The notes beneath the pieces are model-generated. The model had not been told where the DNA came from and made no database searches. It saw only the letters and a program-made list of their open reading frames with translations. From the NCBI GenBank assembly GCA_963594125.1, contig CAVBCV010000001.1:746-64745 (forward strand): a stretch of 64,000 bases of DNA, in the 5' to 3' direction. Of this stretch, positions 17,909-26,508 are shown in pieces. Each line of letters opens with the position of its first letter. The stretch's first letter is position 1. The position numbers and the translations under genes were made by a program. Origin of the DNA: Lachnospiraceae bacterium (GTDB taxonomy: Bacteria > Pseudomonadota > Alphaproteobacteria > RF32 > CAG-239).

Positions 17909-19672
17909 TTACCCCTCTTTTTCCAGCTGTTGCATTTTCCATAACTTAGCAAATTTACCGTTTTTCATGGCGGCAAGTTCATCAAAAGTACCGGTTTCCA
18001 TGATTTTTCCTTGTTCAATATAAATAATCCGGTCCATTTTCTTTAAAGTTGAAAGCCGGTGAGCAATAGCCATTACGGTTTGTACGCCTAACAGATTATT
18101 AATTGCCGCGGCAACCTCGCTTTCAGATTGGCTGTCAAGCGAGGAAGTCGCCTCGTCTAAAATTAAGATGGGACTATTACGCAAAACCGCGCGAGCAATG
18201 GCAATACGTTGTCTTTCACCCCCTGAAAGTTTGCAACCGCGTTCCCCGACCATTGAGTTATAGCCTTCCGGCAATTTTTTAATAAACTCATCAGCGCAAG
18301 CAGTCTGCGCGGCTTGTTTTATTTTTCGGTCAGTCGCTTTAATGCCATAAGCAATATTTTCTTTTATACTGCGCTGAAACAAAACCGTCTCTTGCGGAAT
18401 AATGGCTAAATTTCGGTGCAAACTGCTTTGCGTTACGTTTTTAATATCCTGCCCGTCTATTAAAATTTGACCGGACTGAATATCATACGCGCGTTGCAAC
18501 AAGTTAATGAGCGTGCTTTTACCGCTGCCGGAAACCCCGACAATCCCAACCTTTTCACCGCTCTTGATTTTCAGATTAAAGCCGTCAAAAATTCTGTTTT
18601 GTTCCGGATAGGCAAAACAAATGTTTTTAAATTCTATTTCAGCTTTTTTAACTTTAAGCGGTTTGGCGTTCGGGTTATCGGTAATTTCATGCGGGGTTGT
18701 AAACGGCTCTAATCCGGCTTGAACATAAGACAAACTGTTGGCGAGCCTGCGAAAATCTATACACAGTTCCATCAGCCACATAAAACCGCCGCTCAATGTT
18801 AATAAAACAAACACAATATCGCCGACCGTAATTAATGATTCACTCCATAAATAAATGGCATAAATCAACATAAACAGAGAGCACAAATATATAAAACAAC
18901 ACATGCCGGTAAAAGATGAAAACCATGCCAACATGGTCTTGGCTTTAATTTTTATGTATTGTTGCAGTAATGTTGATAAACGCTTTTTTTCATGCTCTAA
19001 ACGATTAAATTGCTTAACCAAGCGGATATTGGCAATAACATCAACCAGCCAACCGGTATATAAAGCCTCTGATTTGCTCTGCATTTTATTTAAGTGGTTA
19101 CTGGTTTGATTGGCGTAATAATTAACTAAAGTTACTACGGCAACGCATATTACAAACAATAATCCTAAGCGAGGATTGATGATTGTTAATAAAATTATTT
19201 TTACGCCGATATCGCAAAAAATTCCCCAAAACTGCGCAATAATTACGGAAAATATCGGCTGAAGAGAATTAATCTGATTGGTTTTAGTCAGTAAAGTTCC
19301 GGTTTGTTTGTTGACAATATAATTAACCGAATGCCCGAAAATATATGAAAGAGCGCGACCGTAAATACGCCTTTGCAGCGGAAAATAAAAATGTTTTTGC
19401 CGATATATATTATTTTGTTTAGGCAAAAAGATGTTAATAACATTGCAAATAAAAATGGCGGCGAAAATCCATAAAAGATTATGCAAATTTTCAGGCGTTG
19501 CCCCTTGTTTAACCCCCTCAACCATTTTGGCAAACAACCAATCTAATAAGTTGAAGACGGAAATTTCCGCAAGCACAAACAGCAAACAAATTAAAAATGT
19601 CCATTTATAAGGTATCAGACATTCATTTATGATATATTTTATTGCCGTTTTCGGAAATGGCTGCGCCTGCAT
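17909..19672 (-). CDS. ABC exporter with fused permease and ATPase, paralogous to the adjacent gene, 587 aa. The two probably form a heterodimeric exporter.
   Basis: Same architecture, with Walker A GVSGSGKST, signature LSGGERQRIAIARA and Walker B ILILDEATSSLD. It is adjacent and co-directional with the paralog. Confidence 0.85.
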   Translation of the reverse strand: MQAQPFPKTAIKYIINECLIPYKWTFLICLLFVLAEISVFNLLDWLFAKMVEGVKQGATPENLHNLLWIFAAIFICNVINIFLPKQNNIYRQKHFYFPLQRRIYGRALSYIFGHSVNYIVNKQTGTLLTKTNQINSLQPIFSVIIAQFWGIFCDIGVKIILLTIINPRLGLLFVICVAVVTLVNYYANQTSNHLNKMQSKSEALYTGWLVDVIANIRLVKQFNRLEHEKKRLSTLLQQYIKIKAKTMLAWFSSFTGMCCFIYLCSLFMLIYAIYLWSESLITVGDIVFVLLTLSGGFMWLMELCIDFRRLANSLSYVQAGLEPFTTPHEITDNPNAKPLKVKKAEIEFKNICFAYPEQNRIFDGFNLKIKSGEKVGIVGVSGSGKSTLINLLQRAYDIQSGQILIDGQDIKNVTQSSLHRNLAIIPQETVLFQRSIKENIAYGIKATDRKIKQAAQTACADEFIKKLPEGYNSMVGERGCKLSGGERQRIAIARAVLRNSPILILDEATSSLDSQSESEVAAAINNLLGVQTVMAIAHRLSTLKKMDRIIYIEQGKIMETGTFDELAAMKNGKFAKLWKMQQLEKEG

Positions 19673-19755
19673 AAGCTTTAGTTCCTTAAATAAACTTAAT
19701 AACAGTAAAGTTATAGCATAAAAAATAGCAGTTTTATATTAAAAAATTATAAAGC

Positions 19756-20067
19756 TCAGCACTCCCAGCGGCAGAGTTTTAAGTCAACATGGGTTTCGTC
19801 TTTTAAGGTGACGCCCTCTTGCATTAAAAGAACTTTTTGTTCAGGCCAGCCTAAGACAAGGCGTCCGCTATGATTAACTATACGGTGGCACGGATAATTG
19901 CCGTAAAGCTCCGCATTGCGCAGCACCCAACCTACCAAACGGGCGTTTTTGCTTCTACCGATTAAACGGGCGATTTGCCCGTAAGTGGCAACTTTACCTT
20001 CGGGAACTTCTTCCACCACCGATAAAATTTCATATACTAAAGAATCGTCTAAGACCCGCTTGCTCAT
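19756..20067 (-). CDS. MGMT-family protein, the methylated-DNA-protein-cysteine methyltransferase DNA-binding domain (YbaZ/Atl-like), about 103 aa.
   Basis: PCHRIV active-site-type motif and YGQIARLIG helix-turn-helix. The start MSKRVLDD at 20067 is preferred. Confidence 0.7.
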   Translation of the reverse strand: MSKRVLDDSLVYEILSVVEEVPEGKVATYGQIARLIGRSKNARLVGWVLRNAELYGNYPCHRIVNHSGRLVLGWPEQKVLLMQEGVTLKDETHVDLKLCRWEC

Positions 20068-20068
20068 G

Positions 20069-20851
20069 TTATTCTTTCGGTTCAAGATAAGCACTGCTGC
20101 CAGCAAGCAATTTGTTAAAATTGCGGATATATTCAGCTTTGGTTAAGCAGTTGGCTTTGAGCTTTTCTTCAGATGTTTTATAAAGTTCTTTCCAATCGTC
20201 TTTGCTCATTTTATATTCGTCCGCATTATTAGCATTTTGCGTATAAATAAACATATAATCAGCATATTCACTTTCAGTGACGCAGCCGTCTTTGTTTTTA
20301 TCCATTTGAAAATAGTTTTGGCTTGCTAAATTGTCAGAAGCGGCGGCGAACATTTTATTGGCAACATCATTTGACGGCATCGCTTTTAACTTTTCAGCCT
20401 CAATACGGGCTTTTGCTATATCTTGCGTCATTTCTTCAGGCGATTTTGTTGCCATAACTTTGGCTTTTTCAAACATTGATAAGGTTTCTTGCTCAACTTC
20501 ATGATACATAAAATACGCATATTCGGTTTTATTTAACCGGCGGTCAGAATCTTTATCTTCTTGCTTAAATTTTTGTTGCCAACGAGCTTTTTTGGCGGCT
20601 TTATCCGCCGCAGAGGTTAGTGGTTCAGTGCTGATGCTTTTTAACATCAGAGCAAATTCATTTTCAGAGATAAAACCATCTTTGTTTACATCGGCGGCAT
20701 TAAAAGTGTCTAACAGTATTTTTTGATTTTGCGGCGAATTAAATTCATCTTTTATCGCCTGCCGCAGCTGCGCGGGCGATAATTCTTGCGCCACCGCGTT
20801 AAACGATAAAACAACCGCGCTTAAAACAATGCTTAAATTAAAAACTTTCAT
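20069..20851 (-). CDS. Secreted EF-hand calcium-binding protein, 260 aa.
   Basis: Signal peptide MKVFNLSIVLSAVVLSFNAVAQ and EF-hand loops DVNKDGFISENEF and DKNKDGCVTESEY. Confidence 0.6.
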   Translation of the reverse strand: MKVFNLSIVLSAVVLSFNAVAQELSPAQLRQAIKDEFNSPQNQKILLDTFNAADVNKDGFISENEFALMLKSISTEPLTSAADKAAKKARWQQKFKQEDKDSDRRLNKTEYAYFMYHEVEQETLSMFEKAKVMATKSPEEMTQDIAKARIEAEKLKAMPSNDVANKMFAAASDNLASQNYFQMDKNKDGCVTESEYADYMFIYTQNANNADEYKMSKDDWKELYKTSEEKLKANCLTKAEYIRNFNKLLAGSSAYLEPKE

Positions 20852-20952
20852 AAAATTTTCTCCTCAAAACATAGCGCGCATTTTACCGTGAAGATGTTAA
20901 ATTAGCAACAAAAAAGCGTCCTTTGTGGAGGACGCTTGTAAAAAAAATAATC

Positions 20953-21963
20953 TCATTTCAAAAAATCAGAAGAAACAGTCCTGCCGCACTTTTTAATATT
21001 ATTGATAATATTATTCAGTCCGGCGGAGATAATTCCGGTGTTCTCCTTATTTTCAAACAGTTGGTAGTTTTTACGAACATTATCATTCGTAATATTTACC
21101 ATAATCATGTTTGCTCCGGCAGAAAAACCTAAGGCTTGCCCGTTAGGAGCCAATGCTTCCAAAGCCGTTGTTGTGACCATATCCGCTGTTGGATTTAAGA
21201 TGCGGCAAACAGCAATAGCCTTCAACACCAATGACAAGCTGCCTTTGTTAACTACGCTAAGCGGGGTTTGCGGATGCGGAATGAAAGGGCTTATGCCGAT
21301 AAAATCGGAATGCACTTTTTTGAAATACACAATGTCTTCCGCGATAGAGCGCACTGTTTGCCCAGGCAATCCGATAATATTTCCGGTTCCGGTGTAATAG
21401 TGTAGCGCAGAAAGCAAATTAAGCGTATTATTCCGCAGCATCCAACTTTGATGCGGATGATGGCGCTTGTACAAACGCTCGTCCGAAGTTTCAATCTTCA
21501 GCAAATAGCCAAACGCACCGGCATTATGAAAATCCCGCAAATCGCGACCATCAAGTTCACCACAGCTTAAAATTACTCTGAGACCTAAGCCATTTATCAT
21601 TTTGATAAAAGCTATAAAGTCCTCTCTAGAGTACTCTTCACTTTCACCGGATTGCAGAACAATGTACTTAAAACCAAGTTGTTTGGCTAATTCGGCGTGT
21701 TCAGCAATTCCGTTGAAAGATAACGTATATCGCCTCAGCTCTATGTTCTCTTGACGTAACCCGCAATAGTGGCAGTGATTGTGGCAAACGTTTGAAAATT
21801 CAAGTAATGCCGCCATTTTTACCGTGTCACCACAGTATTTCTTTCTGACTTCATCGGCTTTGGCAAACAAGACATCATCATACTCTGATGTTGTTAAAAT
21901 TGTTTCAATTTGTTCAACACTTAAATCTTGTGCGTTGATTGCGTTTTTAATAATACTATTCAT
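20953..21963 (-). CDS. hydE: Radical SAM protein of the HydE/BioB/PylB family, [FeFe]-hydrogenase maturase HydE-like, about 336 aa.
   Basis: CHNHCHYC (the CX3CX2C cluster motif) sits about 60 aa from the preferred start MNSIIKNAINAQ at 21963, and the length is typical of HydE. It is clustered with a HydG-like gene and a TM1266-like regulator. Confidence 0.6.
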   Translation of the reverse strand: MNSIIKNAINAQDLSVEQIETILTTSEYDDVLFAKADEVRKKYCGDTVKMAALLEFSNVCHNHCHYCGLRQENIELRRYTLSFNGIAEHAELAKQLGFKYIVLQSGESEEYSREDFIAFIKMINGLGLRVILSCGELDGRDLRDFHNAGAFGYLLKIETSDERLYKRHHPHQSWMLRNNTLNLLSALHYYTGTGNIIGLPGQTVRSIAEDIVYFKKVHSDFIGISPFIPHPQTPLSVVNKGSLSLVLKAIAVCRILNPTADMVTTTALEALAPNGQALGFSAGANMIMVNITNDNVRKNYQLFENKENTGIISAGLNNIINNIKKCGRTVSSDFLK

Positions 21964-22154
21964 ACATAATTTTTTATTAGTTACACAAAAATTCAAATTC
22001 AGGGGTATTATAAAGTGTAATACCATCAAAGTCAAATTATTTTGTCCAAAAAAGACAAATTTTATATAAATGTGCATGGGTGATAAAAAATATTTGCTTT
22101 TAAGAGATATTGTATTCTTATTTAGGCATAAGTTAATATTTTAAGGAAAAAATC

Positions 22155-22820
22155 ATGAAAAAATTATCGTTATTAGGCGTTTTGTGTTTAATGCTTTCAG
22201 CTTGCGAAATGGAGCTAGACATACCGGTTAAAATCAGCGAATTGTTATCGGCTGAAACGCAAAATGTTAGCGGCGTGCTTTCAGTTGAAGTTTCTGCCTG
22301 CTCAAGTTATGAAGACTCGCGGATTCCATCCGAATCATTAATTGAAGTGCAGAAAAAAATTAAAACCATAATTCCCTCTGCCGAATATGTGCAGTGCTAT
22401 AAAAAAGAAATGACCTCTTACGCTGAGTTTAATTTTAAGGTTAATGTTAAACACGATGTTGAAACGCCTTCCGACGGTATTTCATTGTTAAGCAACAACT
22501 CCGGCGCGCTTGGCATGCATATTCCGAACGATGTTACCGAACAAATTAAAGAAGCTTTATATGGCGATAGCAACATATCAATCATTTACAACGTTACTAA
22601 CGATACGGATAAACCGATGAAATTTACGGTAGTTTCTTCATATTTGAACGATCAGCCGTTCCCGCTCGGTAACAGTTTTGTATTAGAGCCAAACTATTCA
22701 GTAAATATTCGCTTATCTGATGTTGCTAAAGATTATATCCTGCAAGGAAACAACTTTATTATCCTGATACCGGATAATGATGAACCTGAAGCAAGCGAAA
22801 GCTCTGAGCAAGCCGAATAA
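22155..22820 (+). CDS. Predicted lipoprotein of 221 aa. Function unknown.
   Basis: Signal peptide with lipobox MKKLSLLGVLCLMLSAC and an acidic C-terminus. Confidence 0.5.
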   Translation: MKKLSLLGVLCLMLSACEMELDIPVKISELLSAETQNVSGVLSVEVSACSSYEDSRIPSESLIEVQKKIKTIIPSAEYVQCYKKEMTSYAEFNFKVNVKHDVETPSDGISLLSNNSGALGMHIPNDVTEQIKEALYGDSNISIIYNVTNDTDKPMKFTVVSSYLNDQPFPLGNSFVLEPNYSVNIRLSDVAKDYILQGNNFIILIPDNDEPEASESSEQAE

Positions 22821-22825
22821 AAGCA

Positions 22826-22863
22826 AAAGCCCGACAGCAATTTTGTTATCGGGCTTTTATTTT
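22826..22863. terminator. Bidirectional intrinsic terminator hairpin (aaagcccg...cgggcttt, followed by tatttt) between convergent genes.
   Basis: An 8-bp GC-rich stem with a T-run on the + strand and an A-run/T-run on the opposite strand. It lies between the stop codons at 22820 (+) and 22866 (-). Confidence 0.55.
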
Positions 22864-22865
22864 GC

Positions 22866-24281
22866 TTAAAATCTGAAATCGCGTTCGCCTTGTTTGATTT
22901 TAGCGAGATTTGCTATTGTAATTTGCCGAACTTTATCACTTTTTATGTTGGCAAGTTCTTTATTGATTATCTCCTCGCCCAATTTTTTAGTTTCGGCAGA
23001 GGCATAATCTTGCAAAAACTCCTGTAAAGTCATTAAGGCGTTAGGGTGGCAGCAATTAAGTATCTGCATTTTTTTACACAATTCCATAAAGCGGTCGCCG
23101 GTGCGTCCTTCGCGATAACATGCGGTGCAAAAACTCGGGATATAACCCATGCTCAAAAGCCAACGCACAACCTCATCTAAGGTGCGCTGGTCCGAAACGT
23201 CAAATTGTTCGGTATCGTGCTCGCGGGTTATATTGGTATACCCGCCTACGCTGGTGCGAGATGCGCCGGAAATTTGCGAAATTCCGTAATGAATAACGCG
23301 GCTGCGGCAGGCTTCGCTCTCACGGGTGGAAATAATCATGCCGGTATAAGGGGTAGAAACGCGCACACAAGCAATAATCTTGGCAAAAATATCATCATCA
23401 ATGCCGTTGTCAAAAGCATTGGGGTCAATATCATCGGCATGCTTAATGCGCGGAAATGAAATTGTGTGCGGACCAACGCCGTGAACCGCCTCTAAGTGCT
23501 CAGCGTGCATTAAAAGCGCGGCAAATTCATATTTATAGCCCTCAAGCCCAAACAATACGCCAAGCCCGACATCATCAATACCGCCTTCCATGGCTCTATC
23601 CATAGCCTCAGTATGATAGGCGTAATTGTGCTTAGGTCCGGTCGGGTGCAGTTTTTCATACGACTCTTTATTATATGTTTCTTGAAACAGAATATATGTT
23701 CCGATACCGGCTTCTTTCAGTTTGCGATAGTTTTCAACGGTAGTGGCGGCAATATTAACATTAACGCGGCGAATTGAGCCGTTTTTGTGCTTTACCGAAT
23801 AAATGGTTTTAATGCAGTCTAAAATATATTCAATCGGGTTGTTAATCGGGTCTTCACCGGCTTCAATCGCCAAGCGCTTGTGCCCCATATCCTGCAAGGC
23901 AATAACTTCGGCTTTAATTTCTTCCTGCGTTAGTTTTTTGCGCATAATATGCTTGTTTTTGGCATGATACGGGCAATAAGTGCAGCCGTTGACGCAATAA
24001 TTGGAAAGATAAAGCGGGGCAAACAGCACAATACGGTTGCCATAAAAGTCTTTTTTAAATTGCTCGGCAAGGGCAAAAATTTCAGCGTTTTGCTCAGGTA
24101 AATCACAGGCGAGCAAAATGGAAGCCTCGCGGTGGGTTAAACCTTTGCGCAATTTAGCTTTGGCAATTATCTGATTAATCAATTCCTGATTATGCTTGTT
24201 AGCCTCGGCATAAGCCAATGTTGCGAGCACTTCATCATGGCAGATAAACTCTTCTGCCTTGAGCGATTTGGGATTATACAT
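22866..24281 (-). CDS. hydG: Radical SAM protein of the HydG/ThiH family, [FeFe]-hydrogenase maturase HydG-like (tyrosine lyase), 471 aa.
   Basis: N-terminal CVNGCTYC (CX3CX2C) at about residue 96, and a C-terminal Cys cluster CTACYREGRTGDRFMELCKKMQILNCC approximating the HydG auxiliary CX2CX22C motif. The length of 471 aa fits HydG and is too long for ThiH. Confidence 0.6.
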   Translation of the reverse strand: MYNPKSLKAEEFICHDEVLATLAYAEANKHNQELINQIIAKAKLRKGLTHREASILLACDLPEQNAEIFALAEQFKKDFYGNRIVLFAPLYLSNYCVNGCTYCPYHAKNKHIMRKKLTQEEIKAEVIALQDMGHKRLAIEAGEDPINNPIEYILDCIKTIYSVKHKNGSIRRVNVNIAATTVENYRKLKEAGIGTYILFQETYNKESYEKLHPTGPKHNYAYHTEAMDRAMEGGIDDVGLGVLFGLEGYKYEFAALLMHAEHLEAVHGVGPHTISFPRIKHADDIDPNAFDNGIDDDIFAKIIACVRVSTPYTGMIISTRESEACRSRVIHYGISQISGASRTSVGGYTNITREHDTEQFDVSDQRTLDEVVRWLLSMGYIPSFCTACYREGRTGDRFMELCKKMQILNCCHPNALMTLQEFLQDYASAETKKLGEEIINKELANIKSDKVRQITIANLAKIKQGERDFRF

Positions 24282-24376
24282 AAAATTTCCTTTCTTATGG
24301 GTCAGAAAAACCTTCCCCGTCAGTTAAAACTGATGTGAACATAAAGCCTTTATTGGCATTTGGCAAGTTTTTTATT

Positions 24377-24616
24377 TTAAGCAAAAACCGTTTTGCTGCT
24401 AACGCCTTCCAGAGCGCCGATTTTACCTGACAAAGCGGAAATAATATCTTGCGGAGCGTCAAGCGCTATACTGATAATCGCAACTTGTTTGGCTTTATAC
24501 GGGATTCCCATACGACCGACAATATAGGCGCGGTATTCATGCAACAAGGCATTAAGTTTTTCAACACTATCCTGATTTTTTACCAAAATGGCAAGTAAAG
24601 CTATGCGTGTTTCCAT
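24377..24616 (-). CDS. Small ACT/NikR-C-like protein resembling the TM1266-type putative iron-only hydrogenase system regulator, 79 aa.
   Basis: Size, composition and position directly downstream of the HydG-like gene match that family as I remember it. There is no stronger evidence. Confidence 0.4.
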   Translation of the reverse strand: METRIALLAILVKNQDSVEKLNALLHEYRAYIVGRMGIPYKAKQVAIISIALDAPQDIISALSGKIGALEGVSSKTVFA

Positions 24617-24618
24617 GA

Positions 24619-25038
24619 TTATTCTCCTTTATAGGTCAGCGGGTATTTAACCACAATATTATAAACAACTTTTGAAGCATAATTTTCGCTCATACTCTCC
24701 CACGGGCGATAATAATAACCGGTGATAACAACTCTTCCGGGGTGGGTGGCGCGGAATGAATAGGTTTTAACGCCGCCAACTCCGACCATACTGTCACTGG
24801 CATTATCCTGACGATAACTCTCGGTGATGTTGGTGATAATGTTTTGCGGCTCCGGAGTTGTGAAAAATGCCCAAGAATATCCGGTGGTGGGGTTTTCAGG
24901 TAATTCAATATTAACAGAATCGCCCAAAGAGAGTTCCAGAGTTTGCCCGTTGTTATTATATTTAAGCTTGTAAGTTTCAGTGCTTGCGCATCCGCCAAAC
25001 ATTAAAACCGCAAACAAAGCATAAAGAACTTTTTTCAT
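24619..25038 (-). CDS. Chagasin-family (I42) peptidase inhibitor lipoprotein, 139 aa.
   Basis: Lipobox MFGGCAS and the chagasin signature NPTTGYSW, plus YYRPWES. Confidence 0.65.
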   Translation of the reverse strand: MKKVLYALFAVLMFGGCASTETYKLKYNNNGQTLELSLGDSVNIELPENPTTGYSWAFFTTPEPQNIITNITESYRQDNASDSMVGVGGVKTYSFRATHPGRVVITGYYYRPWESMSENYASKVVYNIVVKYPLTYKGE

Positions 25039-25051
25039 GTTTCCTCCTGTT

Positions 25052-26047
25052 TTACTGCACAGTTGCGTCCATGGGGTTAAAACGTACTAATATTGATTTC
25101 CATTTGTCATATTTATCAGGGTATTTTTCAGCAAAAACTTTATAAATATTTACGCCGTTTTTGTTTTGGCACGACCAAATTGCGCGGCGGGCACTTTCAG
25201 CAATGGCTCTAAAATGCGGATCAGTGCTCATACGTGATGAGTTTACAACCTGAGCATCGCGAACCGTGCCGTCTTTGTTTAAGGTGGCCCTGACTTCAAT
25301 TATCATACCCTCAATGCCTTGCGCTCCGGGGTCAAGATTCCAACATTCGCGCAAATAGCCGCCGATGGCGTCAGTTTCAGTAATGGTAAGCTCGCTGAAA
25401 TATGAGCCTCCGGTGCCGCCCTCTATACCCATATTGGCAACGGCAGTGCCTTCTTTGATTACCGCCGGTGACGCGGTCTCGCCGATTTCTTTTTCCATGC
25501 TGTTAACCGAATCCATCAAGCTCTTTAACGGATTGGCAATTGTTTTGTTTTGAGCCGGTTGTTTAGCGTTAGGTTTTGCTGCCTGTTTGGGCGCCGACGG
25601 AGTTTTATCGGCAGGTTTAGGAGCCGGTTTCGGCTTAGGCTGCGGCTTAGGCGCCGGTTTGGGCGCTGGCTTAGGTTTAGGCTTGGTATCCGGTTTCGGA
25701 GCCGGTTTTTCAGGCTCGGGCGGAGTAGTATCTAAAAAGTCTTTTTTAGGTTGTTCCGTTTTAGTTTCTTCCGGCAAAGGCGGTAATTCCGGCGCTTTTG
25801 CCTCTTCATGAGTCCAATTAGGCGCAGGCTTTTTTTCCGGCGCGGTGGCTTTTTTATCTTCTTTACCAAAAACAGCTTTAGGCGGCAAGTTGGTCATCTC
25901 GGCAAGTTTAACGTCTTTTAAGTCAACAATAATCGGAGCTTGTCCGGTTTCTATCTTAGCACGCCCGAAAAACGGCAAATCCAGCACTAAAAGCAGAAAA
26001 ACCGTTATATGTAAAGCTATTGACATGTAAAGATAGCGTTTATTCAT
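25052..26047 (-). CDS. tolA: TolA/TonB-family energy-transducer protein, 331 aa, with an N-terminal TM anchor, a Pro/Lys-rich (KPXP)n spacer and a C-terminal globular domain.
   Basis: TM helix MSIALHITVFLLLVL followed by repeats PKPKPAPKPAPKPQPKPKPAPKP. It is the third gene after tolQ and tolR. Confidence 0.6.
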   Translation of the reverse strand: MNKRYLYMSIALHITVFLLLVLDLPFFGRAKIETGQAPIIVDLKDVKLAEMTNLPPKAVFGKEDKKATAPEKKPAPNWTHEEAKAPELPPLPEETKTEQPKKDFLDTTPPEPEKPAPKPDTKPKPKPAPKPAPKPQPKPKPAPKPADKTPSAPKQAAKPNAKQPAQNKTIANPLKSLMDSVNSMEKEIGETASPAVIKEGTAVANMGIEGGTGGSYFSELTITETDAIGGYLRECWNLDPGAQGIEGMIIEVRATLNKDGTVRDAQVVNSSRMSTDPHFRAIAESARRAIWSCQNKNGVNIYKVFAEKYPDKYDKWKSILVRFNPMDATVQ

Positions 26048-26056
26048 AGCTTACGC

Positions 26057-26494
26057 CTATTTCTCCTTAACAAGCGGACGAGCCTCGGTTTTAAGACCGA
26101 CTTTATCTATCCCCGCCTCTTTTAACAGCGCCATCAGGTTAATAACTCTGCCGTATTCCGACATGGTATCGCCGGAAATGGTAACAGTAGCGTCGGCATT
26201 CTCGCCGCGAATCGCCTTAACTTTTGCCACAACTTTATCAGCCGGAATTTCGGTTTTACCGATGTAATAGTAGCCGTCTTTATCAACGCTGATGTTGATT
26301 GAGGTTTCTTTGCCTTCTAACGCCTTTCCGCCGACTTTAGGCAAATCAAGCGCAATGCCGGAGGTCATGAGCGGAGCGGCAACCATAAACACCACCAACA
26401 AAACCATCATGACATCCATTAAATTGGTAATGTTAATATCGGCGTTGCGGCGGCTCGGGCGGCGTCCTGATGAAAAACGAGAATTGTACATCAT
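26057..26494 (-). CDS. tolR: TolR/ExbD biopolymer transport protein, 145 aa.
   Basis: The start NITNLMDVMMVLLVVFMV (ExbD/TolR TM with conserved Asp), the size, and its position after tolQ. Confidence 0.8.
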   Translation of the reverse strand: MMYNSRFSSGRRPSRRNADINITNLMDVMMVLLVVFMVAAPLMTSGIALDLPKVGGKALEGKETSINISVDKDGYYYIGKTEIPADKVVAKVKAIRGENADATVTISGDTMSEYGRVINLMALLKEAGIDKVGLKTEARPLVKEK

Positions 26495-26508
26495 GTTTTG
26501 TTCTCCGT

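Noticed and set aside
21964-22077. Longer N-terminus (38 extra codons) for the HydE-like gene
   Set aside because: The extension is hydrophobic and AT-rich junk with no RBS. The conserved radical-SAM protein begins at the ATG at 21963.
25550-25811. Arg-rich and Gly-rich ORFs on the + strand inside the tolA-like gene
   Set aside because: They are frame-shifted reverse-complement readings of the (KPXP)n repeat region of the minus-strand gene. They are low-complexity artefacts.
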